A DNA stretch of 64,000 nucleotides from the human T2T-CHM13v2.0 reference genome, Homo sapiens (GCF_009914755.1 NC_060941.1); one strand, 5' to 3'. Positions 1-23,025 are shown, counted from the stretch's first letter. Notes: generated by a model from the sequence alone, not told the origin. Translations and numbers: made by a program.

Positions 1-1071
1 TGCATCTTGCTCTGCCTTCCTCCCCTGCCAGCAGCTCAGCCCTGATCATCTCTCACCTGAGGCCCTTAAAAGCCTCCCAATCAGCCTCTCTGCCCCCGAC
101 CCCCAGGCCTGCACCCGGTCCTCTCCCGCACTGCAGCCCAGCGCTGTCTAACTGAGCGACCTGGGTTACATTTCAGCATCCCCCATGTGATTCCCTGCTG
201 TCCACACCAGCAAGTCTCTGAGTGCAACCCGCAGCCACGTGCATCATAATCAGCTGAGCTGCTGGTGAAGGGGTAGATTCCTGGGCCTCACCCCTGACAG
301 ATCCTATCCCAGCCCCTGCGGGAGGGGCCCAGGAATGCAGCCAGTTCACCAGCTGCCCTGCCAAAGCCTGGCAATCTCTGGGCCTAGAGGCTTGAGAACG
401 GTCAAGCAGCTCGCCCTGGCTCCCCTGGGAGCCACCCTAGCCTGGAACGCTGCACACCAGACAGGGGTGGTAGAGCTCCTGGCCATTCCCAAATGCCCCA
501 CACCCAGCAGCGCCTGGAATGTGCTCATGCAGGTTCCTCGTGACATGGACACACCCCCTTCCCCATCCTACCCACATGTCCCCAGCCCAGGCCTCGTTCC
601 CACTCCCCCAGGATGCCCCAACCCTCCAAGGGAACAAAGAGAATGCTCTTCCCTTTCTCCAGAAGCCCAGCACCCGGGCCACATAGTCAAGCGCTTTGTC
701 TTTGAAACATAAAAATAGCTATAGAAGGGCTCCGTTAGCTGGCATCGGCCAGAGAGAGAACATTTCCATATAATTAGAGCTTACCCTTTCATATGGAAAG
801 TTAGACATTTCTCTGTCTAAGGCGCCTACGTAGAATATGTAATTTGACCTTCTTTGGGGGAAATTTTGGATTGTCTTTGGGATGATAATATAGGAAATCC
901 CTCGAGGGCTTTTAAAATGTAAAGAACAGAGGTCCCATAAACTAAGTGACCCCAGAATGCAATTTGGGTTTTTTAAGTCGCCTTTTTAGAGCTTCCTGTG
1001 TCCTCCCTTCCCTGGTCATAACTGTCTGACAGCAGCCACACAAACAAGCTTATTAAAATTGTGGTTTTTTT

Positions 1072-1367
1072 GGCCGGGCGCGGTGGCTCACGCCTGTAAT
1101 CCCAGCACTTTGGGAGGCTGAGGTGGCTGGATCACCTCACGACAGGAGTTCGAGACCAGCCTGACCAACGTGGTGAAACCTCGTCTCTACTAAATACAAA
1201 AAATTAGCCAGGTGTGGTGGTATATGCCTGTAATCCCAGCTACTCAGGAGGCTGAGGCAGGAGAATCACTTGAACCCAGGAGGCGGAGGTTGCGGTGAGC
1301 CAAGATCGCACCACTGTACTCTAGCCTAGGCAACAGAGCAAGACTCCATTTCAAAAAAAAAAAAAAA
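1072..1367 (+). mobile_element. Alu (S family)
   Basis: Full dimer, ggccgggcgcggtggctcacgcc through the A tail. Confidence 0.97.
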
Positions 1368-2592
1368 TGTGTTTTTTAATAAAGTAAGTAGAGTCCGAGG
1401 TGGTGGTGGGCTCTTCCACAGGACCACTGCCTGAGCTTTCACACCTGACCTTATCAATTCAAAGCTGTGGGCATCCCCGGATACAGATAACCCTTGGGGG
1501 AGGTGGAAAATTGTTGCTAGACTCTAGCCTAGAGGTTTTTAACAGCTTGCACAACTGGCCAAATCTTACAAGATAAAAAAAGGTAATGGGAACACATCTA
1601 AAACTTATATGTGGGTCCCTAAATCCAACTATGCAAGTACAGAGGTGGGTGTGTGGAGCAGCACAGGGGACAAAAGACGCTGGGCCACCAGAAGGGCCAA
1701 CGTGACTGTCCCCTGAGTGAACAGAAACGCCTCTAACATGCGAGCGAATGGTGCAGCCCAGCCGGCCCAACCTCACCTGGCCATGCTAGGAGGCAGTGGG
1801 CAAGCGGCAACGCTGTGGTGCCCAGGACGCCGGCAGGCACAGCGCCACGTCCACGGGCACCGCCTGTTCCCACCCTGCAGGACGCCACAGCATCAGACGA
1901 GACGGCCCGTGTGAAGCGCCGAGAACAGAGTCTGGCTTCCGGGAAGGCTCAGGAAATGCCGAGAGCTCGGCAGAGACACCCACGTGGTGCTGGATTCCAC
2001 GCACGAGGAACCGACGGGCAGACGTGGAGCTAAATGATGGTCAACAGCTACGAAGTGCCTGTGCTCTAGAAACGGCCAATTTGATCATGTCACGGGATAA
2101 AGTTTCAAAATCAATAAAACCGTGATGAAATGATCAGGAATAAACCTGTCCAGAACTGTTCAAGACCTAAAGGAGATGCACGGGCTGAAGAACAAGGAGC
2201 GAATCTGAACGAGGGAGAGGTGTGTCTTCCTGGACAGTTCTCGGGAGAGGAGGAGGGCGGTAAGGACGGGGAGAAGAGGCCGCAGGCTTGGAGTCCAGGA
2301 GGAGAATGAACTCCTTTGGTCAGGAGGGGCCCACTGACCAAAGGTCCTAGGAAGAAAAGCCAAAGGAGGTGAGGTGGGGCAAGGGTGTTTGCAAAGGATA
2401 GAAAAGTCTAGAATGGCAGAGTATGGTGCTTAAGAGTACTATGTGACCTAGGCCAAGCTACTTCACTCTGGGTGCCTCAGTTTGCTCTTTAGGATGGGGA
2501 TGATAACAACAGCAGCACCCATCTACAGAGATGCCAGTGCTTGTCACCACGAGAAGCACCTGAAATGCTTGGGGAAGAGGGGTGGTACTTAC

Positions 2593-2636
2593 TGTGTGTG
2601 TCTCCAGATGACTGAGCTAGACCACCCAGAACACAT
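2593..2636 (-). CDS. CEP295NL: CEP295NL (DDC8/KIAA1731NL) first coding segment, nested in TIMP2 intron 1
   Basis: Minus strand reads ATG TGT TCT GGG TGG TCT AGC TCA GTC ATC TGG AGA CAC ACA CA|GTAAGT = MCSGWSSSVIWRHT(Q), matching the N-terminus I recall for CEP295NL. Consensus donor at 2587-2592. The large final coding exon would lie left of the window. Confidence 0.88.
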
Positions 2637-2734
2637 TACAGGGAGGCAGAAGCTGACAGGAGGGCAGGAAGCACTGTCTCCAGGGCTGTCTTGAAATCAT
2701 TGGGCTGACTTTGTAGGTAGTGAGACGCCCATCA
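2593..2734 (-). other. CEP295NL: CEP295NL exon containing the start codon (98 nt UTR + 44 nt CDS)
   Basis: Acceptor tgtttgttttatctgggcttggttcggatgcctccag|TGATGG (AG at 2736-2735) and donor GTAAGT define a 142-nt exon. Confidence 0.75.
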
Positions 2735-2801
2735 CTGGAGGCATCCGAACCAAGCCCAGATAAAACAAACATCAGAAACATTTTTAACTCCGTTTCTCTG
2801 A

Positions 2802-3215
<414 letters not shown>

Positions 3216-3974
3216 TGCACTGGGTTTTGGACTGGCTGTGTTAGCATCACCTGGGGCAGGGGTGGGTCACGTTAGAATGAGTCCTGGCTAGGCCCACAGC
3301 AGGCTTTTCCACCCGAATACTGGGGCCACAGCTCATGAATCTGTGTGTATCCATATCCCGGGCTGGGTCAGCTCTCCAGGGTGGAGATGGTTGGGCAGGC
3401 AGCCTCTGGGGGCAAGCTCGGGCTCAGGCCTCCCCTTGACCAGCTTCACAGAGACAGACACTGAGGCAGACTGACCTCCAAACTCCCAGCTGAGACGCCA
3501 GCTCCCCACGTGGGGGGCTTACAGCTGATGCAACCGGTGGCTCACTAAACATACCTCGACAGCGTCCATTACCGCTTCCCTGCAAACCTCAAGATCCTAA
3601 GCACCCAGCCTAGGTCAGGGGTCCCCAATCCCAGCAGGTGTTCCTGCTTCCTGAAGACCCCCCAGCCCAACTCCTCCAATAACCATATTCATCTCCAACC
3701 CAGTCCCACCAGCTTCCCTCACTCTCCTTCCCATCACACTGCCTGTGGGGAGCCCCGTGGTGCAGGGACTTTGCCGCTGGCCTTGCGAACCCACGGCTTG
3801 GAGCCCCTCCTTGGCCCACTCTCCGGGGCCCTCTTGGGAGCCTCGCTAAACAGCTGGGCATGGAAAGAACCCCACCCTCACCACAGATGGGAACAGACAC
3901 AGAGAGCCTCAGCCCCGCAGTGGTCTCAGGGGCCCACTGACCAAAGGTGGCCGGAATCGCTTCCCCGCCTCCAC

Positions 3975-4050
3975 CTGCAGCCCGGCCTCTGCCCTGGCTG
4001 GCTACTCATAGCAGGCTGTTGCCATGGGAACAGCAGAGCTGTTGAGCTGT
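3975..4050 (-). other. CEP295NL: Candidate non-coding first exon of CEP295NL
   Basis: Donor-like CAG|GTGGAG at 3975/3974, next to X-box and CRE-like motifs. Boundaries inferred. Confidence 0.45.
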
Positions 4051-4057
4051 GACATCA
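4018..4057. promoter_or_regulatory. RFX X-box plus CRE-like site (candidate CEP295NL promoter)
   Basis: GTTGCCATGGGAAC 4018-4031 (13/14 match to GTTGCCATGGCAAC). TGACATCA 4050-4057 (7/8 match to CRE TGACGTCA). Confidence 0.65.
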
Positions 4058-4734
4058 TGGCAGGGGTGAGGTCAGGGACAGCTGTGAGCCAGCCAGGGGG
4101 CAAGCGTGTAGGTTAGGGGATCAATCATAAAGATTTGGCTCAAGCAGCCGGGAGCCATGGGGGCACCTGAAGGCACTGTTTAAGGAGGTGTGGGTGAACA
4201 AGGACAGTGCAATGTACAAATGCTCGTGGCCATACCAGGCAGAGGACATCTTTTTGTCCCCAGCTGGCTGCATGGAGACCTCCCAGGGTGTCATTCTCTC
4301 TGAGCTGTCAGGCCATTAAGGAGGTACACTTCAAGGTCAGGGTTCCTGACAACGCTTGCCATCCCTTCTCCTGTAGGGACAGCATCTGTTCACGCTTCTA
4401 AACAGCTCCAGAAAGCCATCGTTAAACTGAAACCCACTGGAGGCGGGGGAAGAAAGAATCCCGTCAACCACCTGCCCACACAGGAGGAGAAGCCACACGT
4501 ACTTGGCCTCGTTTGAGGGCTAGTTCCCCACAGACAGTTTGATCAGAAGGATGGGCGAGGGAAGCTGGCAGGGCGAGGCTGGGGATGAACATGGGACACT
4601 GGGGGAGTCTGGCCGGTGCAGGGGGTTTCCAGGAAGCAGGAGTAGCTGCTGGAAATGGGGGCCCCTGACCTAGTCTGGGTGGTTGGCATCTTAAGGTCTG
4701 TGGTAAAGTGATGACTGGCATTGTCAAGATATGT

Positions 4735-5042
4735 TTTTTGTTTGTTTTTTAGACAGTCTTGCTCTGTTGCCCAGGCTGGAGTACGGTGGCGCAATCTCGG
4801 CTCACTGCAACCTCTGCCTCCCGGGTTCAGGGATTCTAGTGCCTCAGCTTTCTGAGTAGCTGGGACTACAGGTGCATGCCACCATGCCCAGCTAATTTAT
4901 GTGTGTGTGTGTGTGTGTTTTAGCAGAGACGGGGTTTTACCATGTTGGCTAGGCGGGTCTTGAACTCCTGACCTCAAGCGATTCCCCTGCCTCGACCTCC
5001 CAAAGTGCTAGGATTATAGGCACGAGCCACCGCCCCCAGCCC
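4735..5042 (-). mobile_element. Alu with (TG)n in the linker
   Basis: Antisense dimer, TSD-like aagatatgtttt on both sides. Confidence 0.95.
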
Positions 5043-5439
5043 AAGATATGTTTTAGTAAGCCGCCAGTTGGATCATCTGTAAGCAACTCACTAGAAGCTT
5101 CCAGCATCCTCCACAAATTTGACAACTGAGAAATGTGGCTGGGAAATCATGATTTGGGTCCGAAGAAGTGAAAGCAACAATCCTCAGGGTGTTGTTTCTT
5201 GAGAGAAGAAGGTAAACAGCAGGAATTCGGCTGAGGTGTCCAAATCTCGGGGAGGATGAATTCTCAGGAGAGCTGAACCTGAGACAAAGCCCTTTGTCCT
5301 GGGCTGGAAGGATCCTGGAAAGGTTATCTGGTCCCTGACTCAGGGAAGGGAGGCATTCTCCCTGCAGGAATGTTCTCGATCACAGTCCACCACCACCCCC
5401 CTACCCCCGCCCACTTTTGGAGTCCATCTTCGCAGCCCT

Positions 5440-6242
<803 letters not shown>

Positions 6243-6685
6243 GACCCATAGATACAAAATCTTCTATATGCTTCTTCCTCGGAGAAGATCCCTACATCTT
6301 TTATCCTCTCAGCGTGGCCTTGACGCCCATTCTAAAGCAAGGGGAGAGGTTCTAGTGAGGCGGAAATAGCATGGGGACCAACAGGATGGCACGCTAGGCC
6401 TTCGATGGCCCTTGCAGAATGTCCAGCACGACTGCCAAGTGCTCGTCAGGTCTTTTCTGGACTGAGGACATCTCTCTCAAGCCTGGGCTCTCCTGACGCT
6501 GCCTTGGCAAGCTCTAGAAGGCAGCCCCATCCTCTGGATTAATCCGCCCTGCTAAATGTTCTCTCTGGCATGGGATTCACTACTGGCCTAAGGCCAACTC
6601 AGCCTTGAGAGTCTGGGTCCATACTATTGTTGACTGCAATTAGAACCACATATTAGCAAATGCTAGCTTTTAAAAATTACAGGTA

Positions 6686-8576
<1,891 letters not shown>

Positions 8577-8661
8577 TGGAATTCATGTTCATTCTAGAGC
8601 AACTGGAAAATACACCCTTGCCAAAGAAAGTCTAATGTCCCCTCATGTGTCCAAACGTTCT

Positions 8662-10180
<1,519 letters not shown>

Positions 10181-10811
10181 GATAAATCAAGGAGCCCACG
10201 TGTCCCCAGAGCTCTCCTGCCACAGTGTCAGCACATGCCTTCTGAGCATAATAATCCCCCCGGACCTGAAGCCCACGAATGACCCCCCCACCCAGTCCTT
10301 TCTCCCTCATGTCACGTCAAGTGCTGTGTCACTGAAGCACCCTGTACCCCATCACCTGGTGCCAGAGGCCTGGCCATGGTGCAGCTGGACCCCCAGCTGC
10401 CGTGTGACCGTGGGCAAACGGATTATGTCACCTTCCCAGTGTTAGAGAGACCCAGTGGTGACAAACGTCCTCTGTACCTAGGGTCACCGTAAGGCTCGGG
10501 TCTCATCGGGTTTCTGTACATGCTCTAGACGTGCAGCGTCATGCTACCGACACTCCAAGTAGCCGGCCTTGCTGGCACTCCTGGCTTTCTCCCTTATTCC
10601 ACCCCCCGCCCCCCACAACATTACGGGACCCAGGCCGGGCACTGTGACCCAGGCAGTGTGGATTCTCAACTAGCTGGAGCAAACAGGGAACTAGGGCACA
10701 GAAAAGGCAGAGTCACACAACCGGAGGCGGAGTGTCCGTCTAGTACTGGGACCCGGTGTGATGCTTTAAGGAACACACCTGCCGTCCTTATGTGAGCTGG
10801 GCTGGGCCTTT

Positions 10812-11910
<1,099 letters not shown>

Positions 11911-12210
11911 TCCTTGCCTGAGCTGGGCCTTTCTGATCATCTGTCCCCGTCCCTTGAACTCTTGATCTGGACTGAGGGAAGAATGGTGGCAGAGGCGAGC
12001 TGGGGAGCAGGGAGGAACCAGGCTGTCGCAGGAGAAACAGAATATTGCGAGCCAGCCGTGTGGAATGGAAAGGGGAAGCCGGTCTTCCTGCCCCACACTC
12101 CTGCCTTTCTTCCTTAAGGGCTCCTTGGACAGAGACTGCAGGTTTCTCAGAAGCACTGTCCAGGATCTCAATATTCTAGAAGGGTCTGGGACAAACTAAC
12201 TAACTATTGA

Positions 12211-12927
<717 letters not shown>

Positions 12928-13559
12928 TTACAGAAGAGGAAACCGAGGCTCAGAGAGGCACACAGTCGGGATTCAGAACCAGTCCCACTTGACTCCAAAG
13001 CCCAGGCTCTTTTCTCCAATACTTTTCATGTCGCCTCTTTTCTCTGAAATGTCCATTTCCTCATTCTGTCCTTGGTTAAGCAGCAGCTGTTGGCGGGTGC
13101 TCTGTCCAGGCCTCCGCTACCATGACGAGCCTTGGCAAAGCCTGCCCCACTGCCAGTTTGCTTTGCCACGTCTGTGTCAGGAAAGCTCAATCAATCTCTC
13201 CCGATTACAGATCAGAAAGGGCCAAATAAACTCTCAACCCAAGCCAGATTCTGTCCCTGAAGATGCAGTAAGGGGGTCTCGGTACCCACAGAACATCCCA
13301 CCACAGAAAGCCAGGCTCCAGCCTGAAAGTCCATCTTCCCTGCTCTAGCCCACCCGTGCGATGAAGAGCACAGAAGAGGCGGGTGAAGGCATTGCATCTT
13401 CAGCATCGGCTTGGAGAATGACACCCTGCAGGTTCCACTTCTTCCCAGGCCACCTGCTTGCTTCTGGAAAGCAGGGAACAGGCAATCCGGGGAGAGAGGA
13501 GCCAGCCACACAAGGACTGGGAAGCCCAGACCTGTGCCATCAGCCTGCGATGACTTAGG

Positions 13560-13953
13560 CTGGGGATCCGAAAAGGTTTCTATGAACAGCCAGCTGGTAA
13601 GTAATTTAGACTTTGAGGCCCATACAGTCCTTGATCACCGCCATTCAACTCTGTTGTTATAGCACAAAAGCCACGTGGGTTTGGCCTTACCAGTGGGCGT
13701 GGCTGTGTTCCAATAAAACTTTATTTGCACTAGGCCAGGCACCGTGGCACAAGCCTGTAATCCCAGTACTTTGGGAGGCCGAGGCGGGCAGATCACCTGA
13801 GGTTGGGAGTTCCAGACCAGCCTGGCCAACATAGTGAAACCCTGTCTCTACTAAAAATACAAAAATTAGCCGGGTGTGGTGGCAAAAAGAAAAAAAAATA
13901 TTTACAACAACAGGCCATCAGCCCAGCAGTGGGTCTAGTTTGCCAACCGCTGG
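13560..13953. mobile_element. MER58A-like hAT-Charlie relic with an inserted Alu left monomer
   Basis: attcaactctgttgttatagcacaaaagc...gggcgtggctgtgttccaataaaactttattt...tagtttgccaacc motifs. Alu half at ~13733-13898. Confidence 0.65.
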
Positions 13954-14127
13954 AAAAAGCCAGCAACATTTTGGGAGGCCGACTGCCGGCTACAGGACCT
14001 CGCCATACCAACAAGGGCTGAGACCCGCGGCTCTGCAGGGCTCTAACAACAGCGTTTGACCTGAGTCTATCTGGGGAAACATCACGTGAACCCACGTTGA
14101 GGCCCTACTCTGGAAGCTGCAAAATTA

Positions 14128-14230
14128 GAGATGATGGCTGTGCGGCTCTGTGAATGTACTCAAACCGCTGAACTGTGCACTTTAGAGGAGTGACCTCATG
14201 GTATGTGAATTACATCTCAATAAAGCAGCT
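14128..14230 (+). mobile_element. L1M 3' end fragment
   Basis: tgtgaatgtactcaaaccgctgaactgtgcacttt...tggtatgtgaattacatctcaataaag. Confidence 0.65.
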
Positions 14231-14238
14231 CAAAAGCA

Positions 14239-16641
<2,403 letters not shown>

Positions 16642-17834
16642 TAAAAACCATCTCTTCTTTTACTCTGCTATTTCCTAGCCAGCTAACCCTGAGCAGGTTC
16701 CTTAGTGGGCCTGTGCCTCCGTTGGATCGTCTGTACAATGGGGATGAGGATAGGGAAGGAAATGGGTTGACACTAGTGAAGAGCAAGAACATACCTCCAA
16801 GCCCTTGGCACCTCTGCCAGCTGTTATTGTTGCCATAGTCATTATCACCATGTCATGATTCACCTCCCTGGCTGCTCCCAGGCCTCCCTCAGGGCGGGGT
16901 GGGGAGGAACAAGAACACAAAGACAGGGAGAGCCAGGGTTTGATGCAGAAAGAGCTGGTGTCCCCCACTAGCTCCGAGAGCTTCCTGGGAGGCAGGAAAT
17001 TCGCCTCTCCTTTTTGGAGGTGTGGAAGTGGGGGCAGAGAGAGGCCACCTGTCCCGGATCGCTCTGCTGGACTCAATCTGGGGCCAGCATTTGACCCCCG
17101 CTCACCCTGTTTGCTATGAATGTCAGTTCCCCTCGCTACTGCTGGCTCCCTTCCCCCTCAACGCTCCGTTTCCTGTTCCCTCCAAGGCCCCGTTACACAA
17201 TTTCCACTGTCTGCTGAAGTTCTAGCTCAAATCCCTCTCGCCGAGACTTTCTGGTCACCAGATTCCAGCAGAACTCAACAGAGACCTCTACCCGCCTGAG
17301 CTCCTGACCAGGTTAGAGGGCATCTGGCTCCCAGGCACTGGGTCAAGCTCCAGAGGCATCTCCTGTGTCTGCCCGCGACCCATGGCCCCGCTCAGGGCCT
17401 GCCTTCCATCTCCTGGGTCTTCCCCAGTGCAGGTGGGAGCTCTGCTCCCCTGGTAACTGCGAGCCTCTCAACACCACCTTCCTCCTCAGTGTCATCCCCC
17501 TCCTGTCTGCCCCCTCTCCCCCAGTGCAGGGGCCATAAAGCCTTCCCCGGAGTCCCACTGCCAGGTCCCACTGCCGGGCCTCCAGGCTTTGCTGCTCCAC
17601 CTGGGCTCAAGCCTGGCCATACTTTGTTCTAATGACTCTGTCCCCCTGTGGTACACTCTCTACCACAGCCACCCTGGGCTCCCCATACCCACCCCAGGAC
17701 CTTTCCTCGGGGCTTATCTTAGCTCTGATAAGATCCACCCCTCAGGGCCCACAATCTCAACAGTGTCCTAACCTCGGTAAGAGTCTCTAGCAAGAGGTGC
17801 AGCCTGCAAGATGATCTTCGCATTCCTGCGCTCA

Positions 17835-18313
<479 letters not shown>

Positions 18314-18862
18314 CTATTGTAAAACAAAATATAAAAACACTTAAGTGAATAAATTCTGTAAGAAGCAGGTATCTAAGACATAGACACCAGGCCCTTCCTA
18401 ACTGGTGAGGTCTGGAGTTCCCTCAGGCCATGTGTGGTCCAGCTGTGATCAGAGTTTGAGATCAAAGAGCAGCTGCCGTCTACCAAGGACGTCTTCCCCA
18501 TGGAAGACAACCACAGAACCTCCCAGGTCTTTGGAGCCATCCCTGAGACCAGCTAGGAGGCCAAAGGACACTGATGGCACCCTTTCCCCAGAGCTGGTTA
18601 CAGGTCTGCCTCGGACTCCCCTCGTGGTGGTAGTGTCTGAGCGGATCCTGGCTGCCCAGGGCGGCCGAGTGCAGAATGAGGGTGGAAGAGGAGAGAAAGG
18701 CAAGATCGTTACCATCGCTCAGCTCCGAGACTAGGCAGATACTCACAAGAAACAGAAGACTCGAAACCTATAAAAAGACTCCTTTTAAATGGCAGTGACT
18801 TGACGTTTGGAGGGCCACAGGCACCTTTGAGAAGTTGGCGGCTGCCACTGTCCACAAAAAAA

Positions 18863-18931
18863 ACACGTACGCGTGCACACACACACACACACGCGCACAC
18901 ACACACTCACACACACACACACACACACACA
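18863..18931. repeat. Compound (CA)n microsatellite / alternating purine-pyrimidine tract
   Basis: acacgtacgcgtgc(ac)n gcgc (ac)n tc (ac)n read directly. Confidence 0.97.
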
Positions 18932-19522
18932 ACTTCACTTACAGTTTCCGGGCTTGTGACCACCCCCAAACCCGCCAGGCCTATCTCTGGCTGGGTGTTC
19001 ACACACTCTGGGTTAGGACCCCTCTTTTATAAAGACTGTTCCTCAATTTGCTTCTTAGCGTAAACACACTCTCAACCTGACTTGCTGGGGCTCCGGAAGC
19101 TTTCCCTGGGCTCCAGTCTGACCTGGCTGACTGGGGAGTAGCTCAGCCCTCAGTTGTAAGGTGGGAATCATCGGGGCGGGGTCTCTGTGCCCTTCCCTCT
19201 GCCGCTGCACAGCCACGTCCCAGCAAATGCACGAGGGCACCAGGGCGTCAGGGCACAGGCTGCAGGGGTCCAGGCAGGTGGGCCCTGGGAGGTCCTGGGG
19301 ACACCAGCTTCATCCTGCCTGCCACTCTGAGACATCCATGCTCCTGACCATCTCTCCATTGGGAAGTCTGGGTCTGCCCGCCTTCCCTCCTCCCAGCAAT
19401 CTCAGGGCAGCTCATCTGCCTGCTTACTCCACCCCCCGACACTGAGGTGGTCAGCCTCCACACTTTCTGTTCAGACCCACGGGCAACAAAAACAAAACCT
19501 TGGCCAAGCACTCACAATATCA

Positions 19523-20825
<1,303 letters not shown>

Positions 20826-22849
20826 TTATCTCCTCCTCCCTGCTGTTGCATCCCTCCTCGCAGCTGCCTGGGAAGCCTCGGGCAGACCTCTTTGTTGTTT
20901 CCGAACCCAAGACGTTCACCCCTACACACGACCCCCACTGCATCGAGTCAGTGGTTCTGCATCAGGACTGGAGACGGCTGCCCGCGCCTCTCAGTCTCCC
21001 AGGAGTCATCTATGCCCTGTTCTCCATGTGCTCAGATGTCGCCACAGAGTCTGAACCTCTCAGCCCACACCAGTGGCATCTACCTAGCAACCTGGCTGCG
21101 ACAGCAGGGAGGAGGGAGGCAGTACCCAAGCCCACCTGCAGCTCACAAACGACAGGCCAGGACTGCGTACGTGGCTCTGCACCCCCAGAAGGGTGCAAAT
21201 AGGGGAGGCCCGAGAGGCTCCGAGGCTGGCACTGTCCTCAGATCCCAGATAGGGAGAAACGTGTGTTGTCCAGAGAGCTCCTTCCAGCACCTGCCATACC
21301 TCCAGGCTGTGCACAGCTCTCCCTGCTCTTCCAGTCCCCCTGCCTTGGGAGCTGCCAGTAATTCAGGGGTCAGTGACTCCCCTGACAGATCCTGTCCCTC
21401 CAAGGACGCTGTTCAAAACCAAGCCGAAGAGCCTCAGTTCTCCCCACAGCTCCCTCCTCAACCTACCATGGGGCCTTCTATCCTCACATCTTGCAAATGC
21501 ATTTCACATTGTCACATGATTACTCCTGAATTTTGGTTATTTCGAAAGTTTATCTGTTGTTAATTATTTACCGAAACCACACTGAGTGGACTGACTTTAT
21601 ACCACACCTGGGCAGTTGAGGAGGGGAGGCCTGCTCACCACGCCGGGCAGCAGGAACCCCCTTCCACACCGCCTGGTGCCAAGATGTACCACCCCCTGCA
21701 TCCCCCACCACAGGGACAATGTCTTGCTTCTCCCTTACATCCCCGGGGGCAGAGGCAGCCACTCCATAATTGCTTGTTGAAACACAGACAAGCCCAATAT
21801 GAAAATCAAGATGAACAAAACTGACAATACAGATCGATCACATACTTCGCACAACGAGTCGCCAACAGTTTCTTTAAAAAGCGCCACGCCGCCCCCTCGC
21901 ATGGAAGGCCTGACCCAGCTCACATGAATCTGATGCTGTGTTGCTTTTCCTGAGCACGTGTCCTGAAGACAGAGCCATTTTTGACTGCGTGCTGTGTGTT
22001 TTCTGGGGTGGCCCCTACTATCTGTCTGGTCCCTGTCACTGTGTCCCCCAGGAACCAGGTCACCCTTGGCTGTTCACCCCAGAAAATAGCAGTTGTTCCC
22101 CCTCTTGGTTGTGGACCCCTCTCTAGCTGGAGCTGGAGCTCCTCGGGGGATTTGCAGAGGACAGTTTCTGGAGGTGGGAACATGTGAGGAAGATGTCATC
22201 GCAGAGGTCTTCTAGGATAATGTGTGGCCTTAGGTACTGCCACCCAAGCCAGAGGAGAGGTTTTATTCTCTGCATCCAGAGAGCTCCTGGCTTTACCCTT
22301 GAGTCCAGAAACGGGCCCAAGCAGCCCGAGTCTGCCAAGTAGCTCAGCTGGCTAAGTGGCTCCAGGCATGGGACTGCCTGAATGGTGAGCCCAAAGCTAA
22401 TTTCCAGCCAGATCCCTGTAGCTGTGCAGGCTGGCAGTAGATGTGAAGGATTTCACTGGGTGAGAGGGAGCCGGGCCAGCAGCGCATTTGAACAGTACTG
22501 TAACTGAGACACAAAATGCTTCCCGTTTGTGCTGGCCTTGCTGGAAAGGACAAGGACCTGGGGCCTTCCAGGAAGAAATCAGGTCACCTCTTACCATCCC
22601 TTATCCTAAACATCACCACCTCATCATGAATTATCTTTGCCGACCACAGTTCCGGTCCTACCAACTGCAAGAGCTGCTAGGGAGATACCTCCCAGAAATC
22701 CTCAGCCGGGCAGACAGAAATCTGACTGTTTCTTAAGCCAATTGCCTCTTGTAGACACCAAGCCATTTAACAAGGCTGCATGCAGCCAAGAGTAAAAGGA
22801 GCCAGCTTGCCACATAACAAGCCAGCCTTTATTAACCTCCACTGTACCC

Positions 22850-23025
22850 CCTTTCTGAGACCCCTGGGTCACAGCCCGGGTTAAATCACCTGTGGGCCTT
22901 TTAAAACTGCAAAAGCCGAAGTCTGAGCAAGACCCTCTGTATCTGCAAAGGGACCTAGACCTGAGCAATCTTTAAGAATCTTCCAGGCAATTCTGCTCTG
23001 AGCCAGAATGGGGAACCATTGCTGA
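22850..23025. mobile_element. MER5-like hAT relic
   Basis: aatcacctgtgggcctttttaaaa...aatctttaagaatcttccaggcaattctg...ggaaccattgct. Confidence 0.45.

Noticed and set aside
18708-18719. 12-mer GTTACCATCGCT shared with 54928-54939
   Set aside because: Flanks do not align, and 12-mer matches occur by chance in 64 kb.
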